IMG/VR virus record: IMGVR_UViG_3300046787_000390
Coordinates: 32,001 to 96,000 of that record
Origin: a virus
Strand: one strand, 5' to 3'
Length of the DNA stretch: 64,000 nt
Part shown: piece by piece, positions 1 to 9,893 of the stretch
Position numbering within the stretch: the stretch's first letter is position 1
How the letters are laid out: every line of letters begins with the position of its first letter
The notes under the pieces: model-generated
What the model saw: the letters and a program-made list of their open reading frames with translations, nothing else
Database searches by the model: none
Told to the model about the DNA's origin: nothing
Made by a program: the position numbers and the translations under genes

Positions 1-2
1 AC

Positions 3-518
3 GGTCACATTTATGGGTGTAACGCATTGTTTAGAGACTTTGTACCTCACGTGTTAGTGGCAACAGATAAGCCAATTGCGTTACATATCGAAGGTACTGG
101 ATATCCAACAACTAACAAGTTCTACACACGAAGACCTACCGCAAGATCCGGTGCATTAGAAATACCAAAACCTTATTATGGGTTTAGCTCGGGACCTGTT
201 GCAACTGCGTTGGCTGCACTTGAGCAGTATCCTAGAATTTATATGATTGGATTTGACCTAGGCCCAACTGATGATAAAAAATTCAATAACTTGTATGCAA
301 GCACTGAATTTTATAAGGATTCAAGTGCAGTGCCAACCTATACTGGTAATTGGGTCAAACAAATAACACAGATTTGTAAAGATTTCCCAAAGACAAAGTT
401 TATAAGAGTATGCGGCAGCACTACATCAAGATTGCAAGAACTTGACGGGATTAAAAACATGGAACATCTGCCGCTAGCTCGTTTTATAGAGCGGCTAAAT
501 AAGCTGAAGGATTTCTAA
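3..518 (+). CDS. CstII/Maf (DUF115)-like glycosyltransferase-fold protein, 5'-truncated by the window edge
   Basis: Frame is open from base 3 (GHIYGCNALFRDFVPHVLVATD). SSGPVATALAALEQYPRIYMIGFD resembles the TSG..A...A...GYKEIYL.G.D motif of CstII sialyltransferase/MAF_flag10 proteins. Confidence 0.6.
   Translation, partial: GHIYGCNALFRDFVPHVLVATDKPIALHIEGTGYPTTNKFYTRRPTARSGALEIPKPYYGFSSGPVATALAALEQYPRIYMIGFDLGPTDDKKFNNLYASTEFYKDSSAVPTYTGNWVKQITQICKDFPKTKFIRVCGSTTSRLQELDGIKNMEHLPLARFIERLNKLKDF
496..501 (+). promoter_or_regulatory. T4-like late promoter (TAAATA)
   Basis: TAAATA upstream of the structural gene at 519. The same motif precedes most structural genes in the window. Confidence 0.55.
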
Positions 519-1145
519 ATGTCAACATTTAAAACTACCAGCGGCGATTATACAGTAAATCTTGGTCCTTACGACTCAGGAAATGCAAAGTGGGCTGGCA
601 CAATGAACGTAAACGGTAACTTGAATGTTGCTGGCAACATTACCTACGTTACTGATATTGCTGTTAACGATGCATTTATTATTGTTGCTGCTAACAATAC
701 TGGTACAGTCACTGACATGGGCTTAATTGCTACCAAGGGACCGGCTAGTTATGCAGGTCTAAGATTTGATGTTGCATCCAATGTCTGGCAAGTAAGTTCT
801 AGCGTGGCTGCTGATGGGTCTCCGGTTGCTGCTTATGCAAACATAAACACAGGCGGCGGAGCAGCATTTGTTGGCGGAACAAACACTCAAGTTCAATTTA
901 ATGACGGCGGCACATTTGGTGCTACTGCTAACCTAACATTTAATAAAGTTACAAACGTTTTAACATTAAACGGCCCCGAAGTATTGGGTAATATAGGTTC
1001 TACACCCAGCTCTGTTTCTAACTCAGTAGTAATGTATAACAAAGCAATGGGCAGCGGAGATACTGGATTGTATGTTGTATCAAGCACAGCCGATGACGAG
1101 TTAGTTGCCTACAAAAAAGCCAAGCTGCTCAGTATTATATTTTAA
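519..1145 (+). CDS. virion structural/fibre-associated protein
   Basis: Gly/Asn/Thr-rich beta protein; shares the GG.NTQVQFND motif with the fibre at 2618. Confidence 0.6.
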   Translation: MSTFKTTSGDYTVNLGPYDSGNAKWAGTMNVNGNLNVAGNITYVTDIAVNDAFIIVAANNTGTVTDMGLIATKGPASYAGLRFDVASNVWQVSSSVAADGSPVAAYANINTGGGAAFVGGTNTQVQFNDGGTFGATANLTFNKVTNVLTLNGPEVLGNIGSTPSSVSNSVVMYNKAMGSGDTGLYVVSSTADDELVAYKKAKLLSIIF

Positions 1146-1154
1146 GGATTATTC

Positions 1155-1469
1155 ATGTCTATTCAAACCTCCAATGTCACTACTAGTATTGCTAACGTCT
1201 ATGTTAGCTCAGGAGAGACTGCTGTTACATTTTTAAGTTTAACAAACTACAGCGCATCTAATGTCACAGCCAATGTTTATGTTGTGCCAAGTGGCAACGC
1301 TGCCGGTAACTTAAATGTTGCAGTAGCAAACATTCAAATTACAACCGAAGATACATATCAATTTTATGCAGGCAATGAGAAATTGGTATTAGCCACTGGC
1401 GATTCAATCCAAGTTAACACCAGCGCAAACAATTCTATTGCAGCAGTAGTAAGCTATACATCAGTGTAA
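1155..1469 (+). CDS. small virion structural protein
   Basis: AAGGA SD; beta-rich; lies in the fibre cluster. Confidence 0.55.
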   Translation: MSIQTSNVTTSIANVYVSSGETAVTFLSLTNYSASNVTANVYVVPSGNAAGNLNVAVANIQITTEDTYQFYAGNEKLVLATGDSIQVNTSANNSIAAVVSYTSV

Positions 1470-1867
1470 TGGGTACATTCCTAAAAAATAGAAGATTTCA
1501 GAGTGGCAGTTCAGGTATGGTAATTCCTACTGGATCTAGTGCCACGCGACCTGACGCTCCTGTTTTTGGGTTGATACGATATAATACAGACATTGCATCC
1601 ATTGAATTTTTTAATGGAATTACTTTTCAAGCAGTTGCTACTTCGGGTGGCATTACATATACAGTTGATAGTTTTACAGGTGACGGTAGTCAAACAGTGT
1701 TCACTATGTCTGAGGCCGAAAGCAACGCAGAAGAGATTATTGTGTTTGTTGGTAGCTTGTATCAAATACCCAACACTAACTATACAGTCGATGGCGGCTT
1801 AGATATCACATTCGAGTCTGCTCCACCAGATGGCGTCCCGATTAACGTAATTCACAGCAACAGCTAA
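1469..1867 (+). CDS. virion structural protein (fibre/baseplate-type modules)
   Basis: IPTGSSATRP..GLIRYN motif and FTGDGSQTVF..V.V..LYQ.P..Y..ITF..AP module typical of T4-like fibre proteins; TAATG coupling. Confidence 0.65.
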   Translation: MGTFLKNRRFQSGSSGMVIPTGSSATRPDAPVFGLIRYNTDIASIEFFNGITFQAVATSGGITYTVDSFTGDGSQTVFTMSEAESNAEEIIVFVGSLYQIPNTNYTVDGGLDITFESAPPDGVPINVIHSNS

Positions 1868-1872
1868 ACAAT

Positions 1873-2547
1873 ATGGCATCAATAAGTTATCTTTCAGGTC
1901 AAATGCTAAACTCAAATCTCAATAGAGATGGAGTCGATCTGACTATCAGTAATGCTAACGTAACTATTGGCAGTGTAACTTTTGCTAATGTAGGCAATGT
2001 AAGTGCTGGAAATGTGAATATTAATAATTTGTCAGACCCAGTGGCTAACACAGATGCAGCTACTAAGGGTTATGTATTAAGTCAGATTTCGGGCAACGTA
2101 ACTACTATTGGCAATCTAGTTGTTAACGACACAACTATTACTACAGCAACTGCGAATGCTAATATCAACATTGATCCTAACGGTACAGGAACGTTCCACA
2201 TTGTGGGAACCAATGGGTTTGTTATGCCTGCAGGAAATGTAGCACAACGCCCGGTGTCTCCAGACGAAGGTACACTGCGTTTTAACAACGAGTATGATCG
2301 CCTTGAGTATTACGATGGCACAGAATGGGATATAGTATCTGGCGGTGTTACTAACCAAACTATTACTACAGCAGACGGTATTACTACGATTTTTATCCTT
2401 GACCGAGAGTCAACTACCGCTGCAACTTTGGTGATGCTTAACGGTATTGTGCAGTTACCAACGGTTTCTTACAGTATTTCGGGCAATACCTTAACCTTTG
2501 TGCAAGCACCTGAAACAAACGACACGATTGACATCCGCTTTATATAA
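1873..2547 (+). CDS. virion structural protein (fibre-type modules)
   Basis: DPVANTDAATKGYV, PAGNVAQRP..GTLRFN and DG.TT.F.L..LNGIVQ.P...Y...LTF..AP modules. Confidence 0.65.
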   Translation: MASISYLSGQMLNSNLNRDGVDLTISNANVTIGSVTFANVGNVSAGNVNINNLSDPVANTDAATKGYVLSQISGNVTTIGNLVVNDTTITTATANANINIDPNGTGTFHIVGTNGFVMPAGNVAQRPVSPDEGTLRFNNEYDRLEYYDGTEWDIVSGGVTNQTITTADGITTIFILDRESTTAATLVMLNGIVQLPTVSYSISGNTLTFVQAPETNDTIDIRFI

Positions 2548-2583
2548 AAACAATACGCTATCATTTTTAAAATCCAAAACCCA

Positions 2584-2589
2584 TAAATA
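2584..2589 (+). promoter_or_regulatory. late promoter (cATAAATA)
   Basis: Intergenic TAAATA before the long fibre gene. Confidence 0.6.
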
Positions 2590-2617
2590 AGTCATATAAT
2601 GGAGATTGGATTTTTTT

Positions 2618-5600
2618 ATGGCTGTAACACGTATTAACAACAACCAGATTTCGGATGCAAGTGCAGGTAATGCCTATGTGGGTATTAACGCTGCAACTAA
2701 ACTTCAGCCGTATAGTATCACTGCTACAAAGTTAGCTAATAATTTAACTTATGGATCGGATTTTACAGTCACTGGTAACCTAACAGTCCAAGGCAATACA
2801 ACAGCAATTGATACGACTTACACAACAGTCGAAGATCCAATTCTATTATTGGCATCAAATCAAACAGGTGCTCCGTCAGTTGATATTGGTTTTGTTGGGC
2901 AACGAGGAACGTCGGATAACATTGCATTTGTTTGGGACGAAAGTGCAGACGAATTCGTTACTGTGTTTACTACAACTGGTGAATCGAACACTGTTGTTTC
3001 TATTTCCAACTACGCCAATCTCCACACAGGCAATTTAACAGTTACAGGGTCAATAACACATTCAGGTAACGTTATTGGTAATTTAAACGTATCGGGCAAC
3101 ATTGCAGGCGGAAATTTATTAACACCTGGTTTAGTTAGTGCAGCTGGCAACATAAACGGCGCAGGCGCAGCATTTACAGGTAATGTTACAGCTCTGAACT
3201 TCATTGGTAATATTATTGGTAATATTACTGGTAATGTTGACGCTGGCGGCGCAAACACTCAAGTGCAATTTAACGATAATGATATTTTAAATGGCACAGC
3301 TGGATTTACATTTAACAAAACGTCTAACGCCGCTACTATTACAGGTAACGTAACAGGTGGTAACTTATTAACAGCTGGTCTAATTTCTGCGTCTGGTAAT
3401 GTGTATACACCAAGAGTGCTCAATGGCAGCACTGGAATGTATATGGATGCAGGCTTTCCGGGCTATATCCAATTCTTTAATAGTTACGGTATTACAGTTA
3501 CAATCGGCGACGATGGCAACGTAAATTCGATTGCTAATATTACCGGTGCTAATATTCTAACAGGTGGTGTTGTAACTGCAACTGGAAACATTACATCAAG
3601 TGCTAACGTATCAGGTGCTAATGTAATTGCTACAGCTAACTTGGTATCAGTGGGTGCTGTAGTATCGGGTAACATTACAGGTGGTAACTTATTAACTGCT
3701 GGCCAACTATCTGCAACTGGCAACGTAACTGGCGGAAACTTATTAACTGCTGGATTAGTATCAGCAACTGGCAATATTACATCAAGTGCAAACGTTGCAG
3801 GTGCAAACTTAGTTGCAAGTGCTAACTTAGTATCAGTAGGTGCTGCGGTATCGGGTAACGTAACAGGTGGCAATTTATTAACTGCTGGGCAAGTAGTTGC
3901 AACCGGAAACGTATCCGGTGGTAATGTCAACGCTACTGCTAACTTAGTATCTGTTGGAGCGGTAGTAAGTGGTAACGTCACTGGTGGTAACTTATTAACA
4001 GCAGGTAGAGTCATTGCCACAGGTAACATTCAGTCCAGTGCTAACGTCACTGGTGCTAACTTAGTTGCAAGTGCGAACTTGGTATCAGTTGGTGCAGTCG
4101 TAAGTGGCAACATTACAGGTGGTAACTTATTAACAGCTGGATTAATAGCCGCAACTGGTAACATTACATCGGCAGCAAATATTGCAGGCGGTAACTTAAC
4201 AATTACTTCTGCTATTAACACAGGAACATTAAACACAACAGGCAACGCAGTTATTGCTGGTAACTTGTTTGTGTTAGGTAACATTACATACAATAACGTT
4301 AATGACTTGCGAATTGAAGATCCGGTTATTATCTTAGGAACTGGACCAAACGGTGCTCCACTAACAAGCCCTGACAGTTATGACCGCGGCACGTTTATGG
4401 AGTATTACACTTCGGCTCGTGGTAATGCCTGGATGGGTTGGCAAAATAGTTCCGGTAATATGATTGCCGCGGCAAACGTATCGTTCTCGGGCAACGACAT
4501 TGTGTCAGTTAATGCCTACGGTACATTCCAAGCAGGCAATATCTATGCTCAAAGTGCTGTTACAACAGGTAACGTCACTGGTGGTAACTTATTAACTGCT
4601 GGCTTAGTATCTGCAACTGGAAACGTAACTGGAGGCAACTTATCAGCAGGCTCGGGCATTATCACAACTACTGGTAACATTAACGGTGGAAACTTAAATG
4701 CAACAACTGGTATTCGAGCAGCAACTGGTTATTTTACAGGTAACGTTGATGTTCTTGGTAACTTAAATGCGTCTATTGGTATTGTATATGCTAACTCTGG
4801 TATTTTCTACGGTAACTCAGTTACAGGTAATGCTGCAATTTATGCTGGTATTCCCGGCTACACAATTCTAGGCTCCAACGTTGTAGCTCAATTTGCTGGT
4901 AACGCTAACAGCTATAGTCAAATAAATTTTGAAAATACCAGCAACGGAACATCTGCATCAACAGACTACATTGCTACTGCTGACAATGGGACAGACAGCA
5001 CTTATTACCTTGACATGGGTATTAACTCGAGTAACTTTAACGATCAGATAAACTATCCAGGATTTGGGCCAAACGATTCATATGTTCACAACCATGGTGG
5101 TAACTTGATCCTTAATCCAGAAAGTGCTGGCAAAGTTATCAAGTTTATGGTAGGCGGCACAGCTAATACTAACGTCACTGCTAACGTAACTTCTACCGGT
5201 GTTAACGTAACCGGTACAGTTGTGACCACAGGTAACATCACCGGCGGTAACTTATTAACAGCTGGATTAGTATCTGCAACTGGCAACATTACATCAAGTG
5301 CAAACGTAGCCGGGGCTAACATTATTGCAAGTGCTAACATTGTTGCTGTAGGTGCTGCTGTTTCGGGTAACATCACTGGCGGTAACTTATTAACAGCTGG
5401 ATTAGTATCTGCAACAGGTAATGTAACAGGCGGTAACGTAATTGCTACTGCTAACTTAGTATCAGTTGGTGCTGTTGTATCAGGTAACGTCACAGGCGGT
5501 AACATATTAACAGCAGGTAGAGTCATTGCTACAGGTAACGTGCAGTCAAGTGCTAACGTTACTGGAGCCAATTTAGTAGCAAGCGCAAACGTTGTTTCTG

Positions 5601-7204
5601 TAGGTGCTGCTGTAAGTGGTAACATCACAGGTGGTAACTTATTAACAGCGGGATTGATATCTGCAACTGGTAATATTACTGGTGGTAATCTTATAACTCC
5701 AAACTTGGTATCTGCTGCTACAATAATAGCAACAGGCAATATCACTGGTGCAAACATCAGCACCAGTAGCTTAACACTTAATGGTAGCAACATCAATTCA
5801 AATGCTGCTAGAATTACAATTAATCAAATTGATGCCGATGTCGACTTTGCAGTTGATGGCGATACTGTTGCTAACGTATTCTATGTTGATGCAGGAACTG
5901 GTACTGTAAGCATCGGTAACTCAACACAAACCACTAATGCAATCCTGTCATTGAATGCTACTAACTCGTTCTTGATGCCAGTAGGTAACACTGCACAACG
6001 ACCAGGCACTGGTGTAATGGGCATGTTGCGATTTAACTCAACACTAGATGCAGTTGAAGTTTATGATGCTGATGGATGGGCAACAGTTGGTACACCAAGT
6101 TTTACAATTATTTCAGACGAGCAGTTTAACGGTGATAGTGTAACAGTTGCATTTACGTTATCGGCTGCAACAACAACAAATTCAACTATTGTGAGTATCA
6201 ACGGTATTGTTCAAATACCAACTATTGCTTACTCAGTTGGCGGTGTAGGCAGCGATACGTTAACATTTACAGAAGCTCCTGAGACTGGTGATATTATTGA
6301 TGTTAGAATACTAACTACTACCACTCAGGTTACTACAATTAGTAACTCTCCAGGCAATGCAGTAGTTGCAGTTAATCCAACTATTAACGAAGTGAACATT
6401 ACTGGCAACTTAGTTCCTGTTAGTAATGCTGTTCAAAGTTTAGGATCTCCAACTGCACAGTGGAAAGACGTTTATGTTGCTGGCAACACAATTTATCTTG
6501 GCGGCTTACAATTAGAAGCAAGCGGAAATACATTTGTAGTTTATACTTCAGACGGTGTGACACAAGCTAATATTGATGTTGGTAACGTCGATGTGAGTGC
6601 AATCAATAGTGGTACAAGCATTATTGGTATTTCTGCACCAAACGGCAATGCTTACATTACTGTTGGCGGCACATCTAACGTGATAGTAGCAAGCACAACA
6701 GGTGCAAATATTACAGGTATTCTTTCTGTATCGGGCAACATTGTGTCAACTGGGTCAAACGGAGTTGCTAACATCGGTAGTGCGACTACTTACTTTAACA
6801 CAGTTCATGCCAAAGCAACGTCGGCGCAATACGCTGACTTAGCAGAAGTTTATTCAGCAGATACTGGATACGAACCAGGAACTGTATTAAGTTTTGGTGG
6901 AACGCAAGAAGTTACAATTTCTACCATAACAGGCGATGCTAGAATTGCTGGTGTTGTGTCTACTAACCCAAGTTATGTAATGAATGCAACTCTGAATAGT
7001 GAGCATGTTGCAGTAGTTGCTCTAACAGGCCGTGTTCCGACCAAAGTATCTGGTGAAGTTTCTAAAGGTGATATGATGGTATCAGGTGGAAATGGACGAG
7101 CAGTAGCTTGTGCTACGCCATCAATGGGAACAGTCATTGGTAAAGCACTTGAAAATCATGCAGGTGGTGATGGTGTAATCGAAGTTGTAGTTGGTAGACT
7201 ATAA
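2618..7204 (+). CDS. long tail fibre/appendage protein with GN[IV]T repeats and a C-terminal intramolecular-chaperone (Peptidase_G2-like) domain
   Basis: About 1528 aa from ATG 2618; repeats such as TGNVTGGNLLTAG and ANLVSVGAVVSGN; C-terminal YADLAE...GVVST.P...VAL.GRVP..KGD...IGKALE. Confidence 0.8.
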   Translation: MAVTRINNNQISDASAGNAYVGINAATKLQPYSITATKLANNLTYGSDFTVTGNLTVQGNTTAIDTTYTTVEDPILLLASNQTGAPSVDIGFVGQRGTSDNIAFVWDESADEFVTVFTTTGESNTVVSISNYANLHTGNLTVTGSITHSGNVIGNLNVSGNIAGGNLLTPGLVSAAGNINGAGAAFTGNVTALNFIGNIIGNITGNVDAGGANTQVQFNDNDILNGTAGFTFNKTSNAATITGNVTGGNLLTAGLISASGNVYTPRVLNGSTGMYMDAGFPGYIQFFNSYGITVTIGDDGNVNSIANITGANILTGGVVTATGNITSSANVSGANVIATANLVSVGAVVSGNITGGNLLTAGQLSATGNVTGGNLLTAGLVSATGNITSSANVAGANLVASANLVSVGAAVSGNVTGGNLLTAGQVVATGNVSGGNVNATANLVSVGAVVSGNVTGGNLLTAGRVIATGNIQSSANVTGANLVASANLVSVGAVVSGNITGGNLLTAGLIAATGNITSAANIAGGNLTITSAINTGTLNTTGNAVIAGNLFVLGNITYNNVNDLRIEDPVIILGTGPNGAPLTSPDSYDRGTFMEYYTSARGNAWMGWQNSSGNMIAAANVSFSGNDIVSVNAYGTFQAGNIYAQSAVTTGNVTGGNLLTAGLVSATGNVTGGNLSAGSGIITTTGNINGGNLNATTGIRAATGYFTGNVDVLGNLNASIGIVYANSGIFYGNSVTGNAAIYAGIPGYTILGSNVVAQFAGNANSYSQINFENTSNGTSASTDYIATADNGTDSTYYLDMGINSSNFNDQINYPGFGPNDSYVHNHGGNLILNPESAGKVIKFMVGGTANTNVTANVTSTGVNVTGTVVTTGNITGGNLLTAGLVSATGNITSSANVAGANIIASANIVAVGAAVSGNITGGNLLTAGLVSATGNVTGGNVIATANLVSVGAVVSGNVTGGNILTAGRVIATGNVQSSANVTGANLVASANVVSVGAAVSGNITGGNLLTAGLISATGNITGGNLITPNLVSAATIIATGNITGANISTSSLTLNGSNINSNAARITINQIDADVDFAVDGDTVANVFYVDAGTGTVSIGNSTQTTNAILSLNATNSFLMPVGNTAQRPGTGVMGMLRFNSTLDAVEVYDADGWATVGTPSFTIISDEQFNGDSVTVAFTLSAATTTNSTIVSINGIVQIPTIAYSVGGVGSDTLTFTEAPETGDIIDVRILTTTTQVTTISNSPGNAVVAVNPTINEVNITGNLVPVSNAVQSLGSPTAQWKDVYVAGNTIYLGGLQLEASGNTFVVYTSDGVTQANIDVGNVDVSAINSGTSIIGISAPNGNAYITVGGTSNVIVASTTGANITGILSVSGNIVSTGSNGVANIGSATTYFNTVHAKATSAQYADLAEVYSADTGYEPGTVLSFGGTQEVTISTITGDARIAGVVSTNPSYVMNATLNSEHVAVVALTGRVPTKVSGEVSKGDMMVSGGNGRAVACATPSMGTVIGKALENHAGGDGVIEVVVGRL

Positions 7205-7217
7205 TTAGCAACGCATG

Positions 7218-7245
7218 TAATAGGGCTTTCGGGCCCTATTATTTT
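7218..7245 (+). terminator. Rho-independent terminator
   Basis: TAATAGGGCT-TTCG-GGCCCTATTA followed by TTTT. Confidence 0.8.
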
Positions 7246-7248
7246 AAC

Positions 7249-7254
7249 TAAATA
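7249..7254 (+). promoter_or_regulatory. late promoter (TAAATA)
   Basis: Directly after the terminator and before the fibre gene at 7274. Confidence 0.6.
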
Positions 7255-7273
7255 TTCAGTATTAGGAAAACAA

Positions 7274-9859
7274 ATGGCGTTAACCAGACCACGGGCATAT
7301 CAGATTTATGACATAGACTACAAGCAAGCAGTGCGTGTGGTTGCAATAACAAACGTTACACTTTCTGGCGGAGCACCAAATTCAGTTGACGGAGTCAGTC
7401 TAAGCCTTAATGATCGTGTGCTTGTCACCGGACAAAGTAGTGCAGTTCAAAATGGTATTTACTATGTAACTACTGTGGGCTCGGGAGCCAATGGCACGTG
7501 GGCACGAAGCACTGACACAAACACCACTGGGGAATTGTTATCTGGGACTATTGTTATGGTTACAGAAGGTTCTACCTATGCTGACACTCAATGGAAACTA
7601 ACAACCAATGATCCAATTACAATAGGATCAACTGCATTAACATTTGTTCAAAACTATTTGGCAAACTCGATTAGCTTTGGGCAGACTAGTTTTGCAATTG
7701 GATCATCGAATGCTAACGCTACTGTAAGTGTAGCTGGCGTTTCTAATGTTGCGGTATTCACTACACAAGGCGCAAACATTACTGGTAACGTAATCTCAAG
7801 TGGTAATATATCGGGCACATATCTATTGGGCAACGTTTATTATGCCACTGGATTTTCTGCTAGCAAGATTTATAATGGTACCTCGGAAATAAACATTGGT
7901 ACCTCGGGTGGCGCAGCAAACATCAGTATTGGTGGAACAAGTAATGTGGCTGTATTTTCGTCAACTGGTGTAGCAATTACTGGAGATTTGAGTGTTAGCG
8001 GTAATGCAACTCTAAGTGGTAATATTTTAGGTGATAGGCTACAAAACGGAACCACAAGTATTGATATTCAAACTGCTAGTGGCAATGCAAATATATCAGT
8101 TGCCGGCACAAGTAATGTTGTAGTGTTTAGCAGCTCTGGACAAAACGTTACTGGTTATCTAACTGCAAGTGGAAACGTTACATCAAGTGGAAACGTAGTA
8201 GGCACATACCTATTAGGTAACGTTTATTACGCCACTGGATTCTCAGCAAGTAAAATTTACAACGGGACGTCGGAAGTAAACATTGGTACCTCAGGCGGCG
8301 CAGCAAATATCAGCATTGGGGGAACGTCAAATGTAGTTGTAGTTTCGTCAACTGGTGCAAACATTACTGGCACTTTGGGAGTGTCGGGAAACACTACAGT
8401 TGGAAATATTACAGCTACGATTGGTACATTTACAACCTTTACCTCGGCGCAAGGTGGTAACGTAACAGGCACCTTGATTGCAACGTCTGCTAATGCACAA
8501 TTTATTAACCAAACAAACCCAGCAGGCTATCTAACCGCAGCGGGATATGCAACTGTCACAGGTAATATAACTGGCGGAAACTTATTAACTGCTGGACTAA
8601 TATCTGCAACTGGCAACATTACCTCAAGTGCAAACGTCGCAGGCGTAAACATTCTAGGTAATGGTCGCAATTTAACTGGCATTAACACATTCTCAAGTCT
8701 TGCTGTTACTGGTAGCGACACTATTACAGCCAACAGTATTGCCACAGGACTAACATTTACTGGTGATACTAGTATTGTTGTAACAGCAAATGCCGCAACA
8801 AACACTGTTAGTTTTGCATTTGGTGGTGCAGGCGACAGTATATTTTCTACTGGTGGCACAATGGGGCTTGTTGACGAAGCTCCGTTAACTGAAGAAGATC
8901 TTGGGTTGGTAACTGATGCAGTTACTGAAGAATATGACTTGGGTGGATTCTTCTTAGATGGACTAGTTGGCAACGATAACTTCTTAGTAAACTCAATCAA
9001 CGGTAACATACTAGCAGCTAATGCAGTAATCACTACAACTGGTAATATTACAGCCGGTAACTTAATCGCAACAGCAAACTTAGTATCAGTCGGTGCTGTT
9101 GTGTCAGGTAACGTAACAAGCGGCAATTTATTAACTTCTGGACAAGTGGTATCAACTGGCGCTGTTTATTCTAATTTCAATACCAATACTGCCAACACTG
9201 CATCGTTTAATGCCACAGGTGGCAATACCAAAGGCGGCACAGGATACTTGGATTTCTTAGTAGCACAAAACACCAGCGGTGGAGCAACTAATCCATTTAA
9301 ATGGTTCCGAACAAACATCACCGGTGGCCTGGAAATTATCAACAGTGCATACAATAATCTATTATTGAGTCTGACAGATGCCGGTGCATTAAGTGTCGCA
9401 GGCTCAATATCTGTAGCTGGTAAAAAAGCAGTTAACGGTCCTGCGTTTAGAGCCAGTATAGCTGTGGGCCAAACAATAACATCGGGTACACAGCAAAAAG
9501 TAACATTTGGCACAGAAACATTTGATACTGACGGCAACTTTGCTTCAAGCCGCTTTACACCCACAACAGAAGGATATTATCAACTCAACAGCACAGTTCG
9601 TATTGCTGGTGGGTCAAGCACTGGTGAGTATATGCTTGTTATTTGGAAAAACGGCAGCGAATATAGCCGAGGTAGCAACGGTTCGGGTACTGAGATTGGC
9701 GCCAGTTTCTATTCGTTACAGGTATCCGACATCGCCTACGCCAACGGCACTACAGACTATTTTGAGATTTACATACAGCAAACTAGTGGCGCCAGCAAAG
9801 ATACCACAGCCGGGCCACAGATCTCATACTTCAGCGGTGTGATGGTGCGCGGCGCATAA
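7274..9859 (+). CDS. tail fibre protein with C-terminal C1q/TNF-like putative receptor-binding domain
   Basis: N-terminal DYKQAVR...VDGV.L..NDRVLV.GQ....NGIY...W.R..D fibre head motif; GTSNV repeats; C-terminal PAFRA...VTF.TE.FDT...F..SRFTP...GYYQ C1q-like pattern. Confidence 0.75.
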   Translation: MALTRPRAYQIYDIDYKQAVRVVAITNVTLSGGAPNSVDGVSLSLNDRVLVTGQSSAVQNGIYYVTTVGSGANGTWARSTDTNTTGELLSGTIVMVTEGSTYADTQWKLTTNDPITIGSTALTFVQNYLANSISFGQTSFAIGSSNANATVSVAGVSNVAVFTTQGANITGNVISSGNISGTYLLGNVYYATGFSASKIYNGTSEINIGTSGGAANISIGGTSNVAVFSSTGVAITGDLSVSGNATLSGNILGDRLQNGTTSIDIQTASGNANISVAGTSNVVVFSSSGQNVTGYLTASGNVTSSGNVVGTYLLGNVYYATGFSASKIYNGTSEVNIGTSGGAANISIGGTSNVVVVSSTGANITGTLGVSGNTTVGNITATIGTFTTFTSAQGGNVTGTLIATSANAQFINQTNPAGYLTAAGYATVTGNITGGNLLTAGLISATGNITSSANVAGVNILGNGRNLTGINTFSSLAVTGSDTITANSIATGLTFTGDTSIVVTANAATNTVSFAFGGAGDSIFSTGGTMGLVDEAPLTEEDLGLVTDAVTEEYDLGGFFLDGLVGNDNFLVNSINGNILAANAVITTTGNITAGNLIATANLVSVGAVVSGNVTSGNLLTSGQVVSTGAVYSNFNTNTANTASFNATGGNTKGGTGYLDFLVAQNTSGGATNPFKWFRTNITGGLEIINSAYNNLLLSLTDAGALSVAGSISVAGKKAVNGPAFRASIAVGQTITSGTQQKVTFGTETFDTDGNFASSRFTPTTEGYYQLNSTVRIAGGSSTGEYMLVIWKNGSEYSRGSNGSGTEIGASFYSLQVSDIAYANGTTDYFEIYIQQTSGASKDTTAGPQISYFSGVMVRGA

Positions 9860-9870
9860 AGTTAACTAGA

Positions 9871-9876
9871 TAAATA
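9871..9876 (+). promoter_or_regulatory. late promoter (gATAAATA)
   Basis: Intergenic TAAATA followed by an AAGGA SD. Confidence 0.6.
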
Positions 9877-9893
9877 TCAACAAGGAATAAAAG

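Noticed and set aside
3340-5760. Recurrent GGTAACTTATTAACAGC-like DNA repeats suggesting a CRISPR array
   Set aside because: They are in-frame coding repeats (GNLLTAG) with synonymous variation and non-unique spacers. No cas genes are present.
3010-9564. Long minus-strand ORFs opposite the fibre genes (e.g. 3484-4029, 5086-5796, 8527-9126)
   Set aside because: Shadow frames produced by repetitive Gly/Asn/Thr/Val codons. They have no promoter or SD and mirror the sense repeats.
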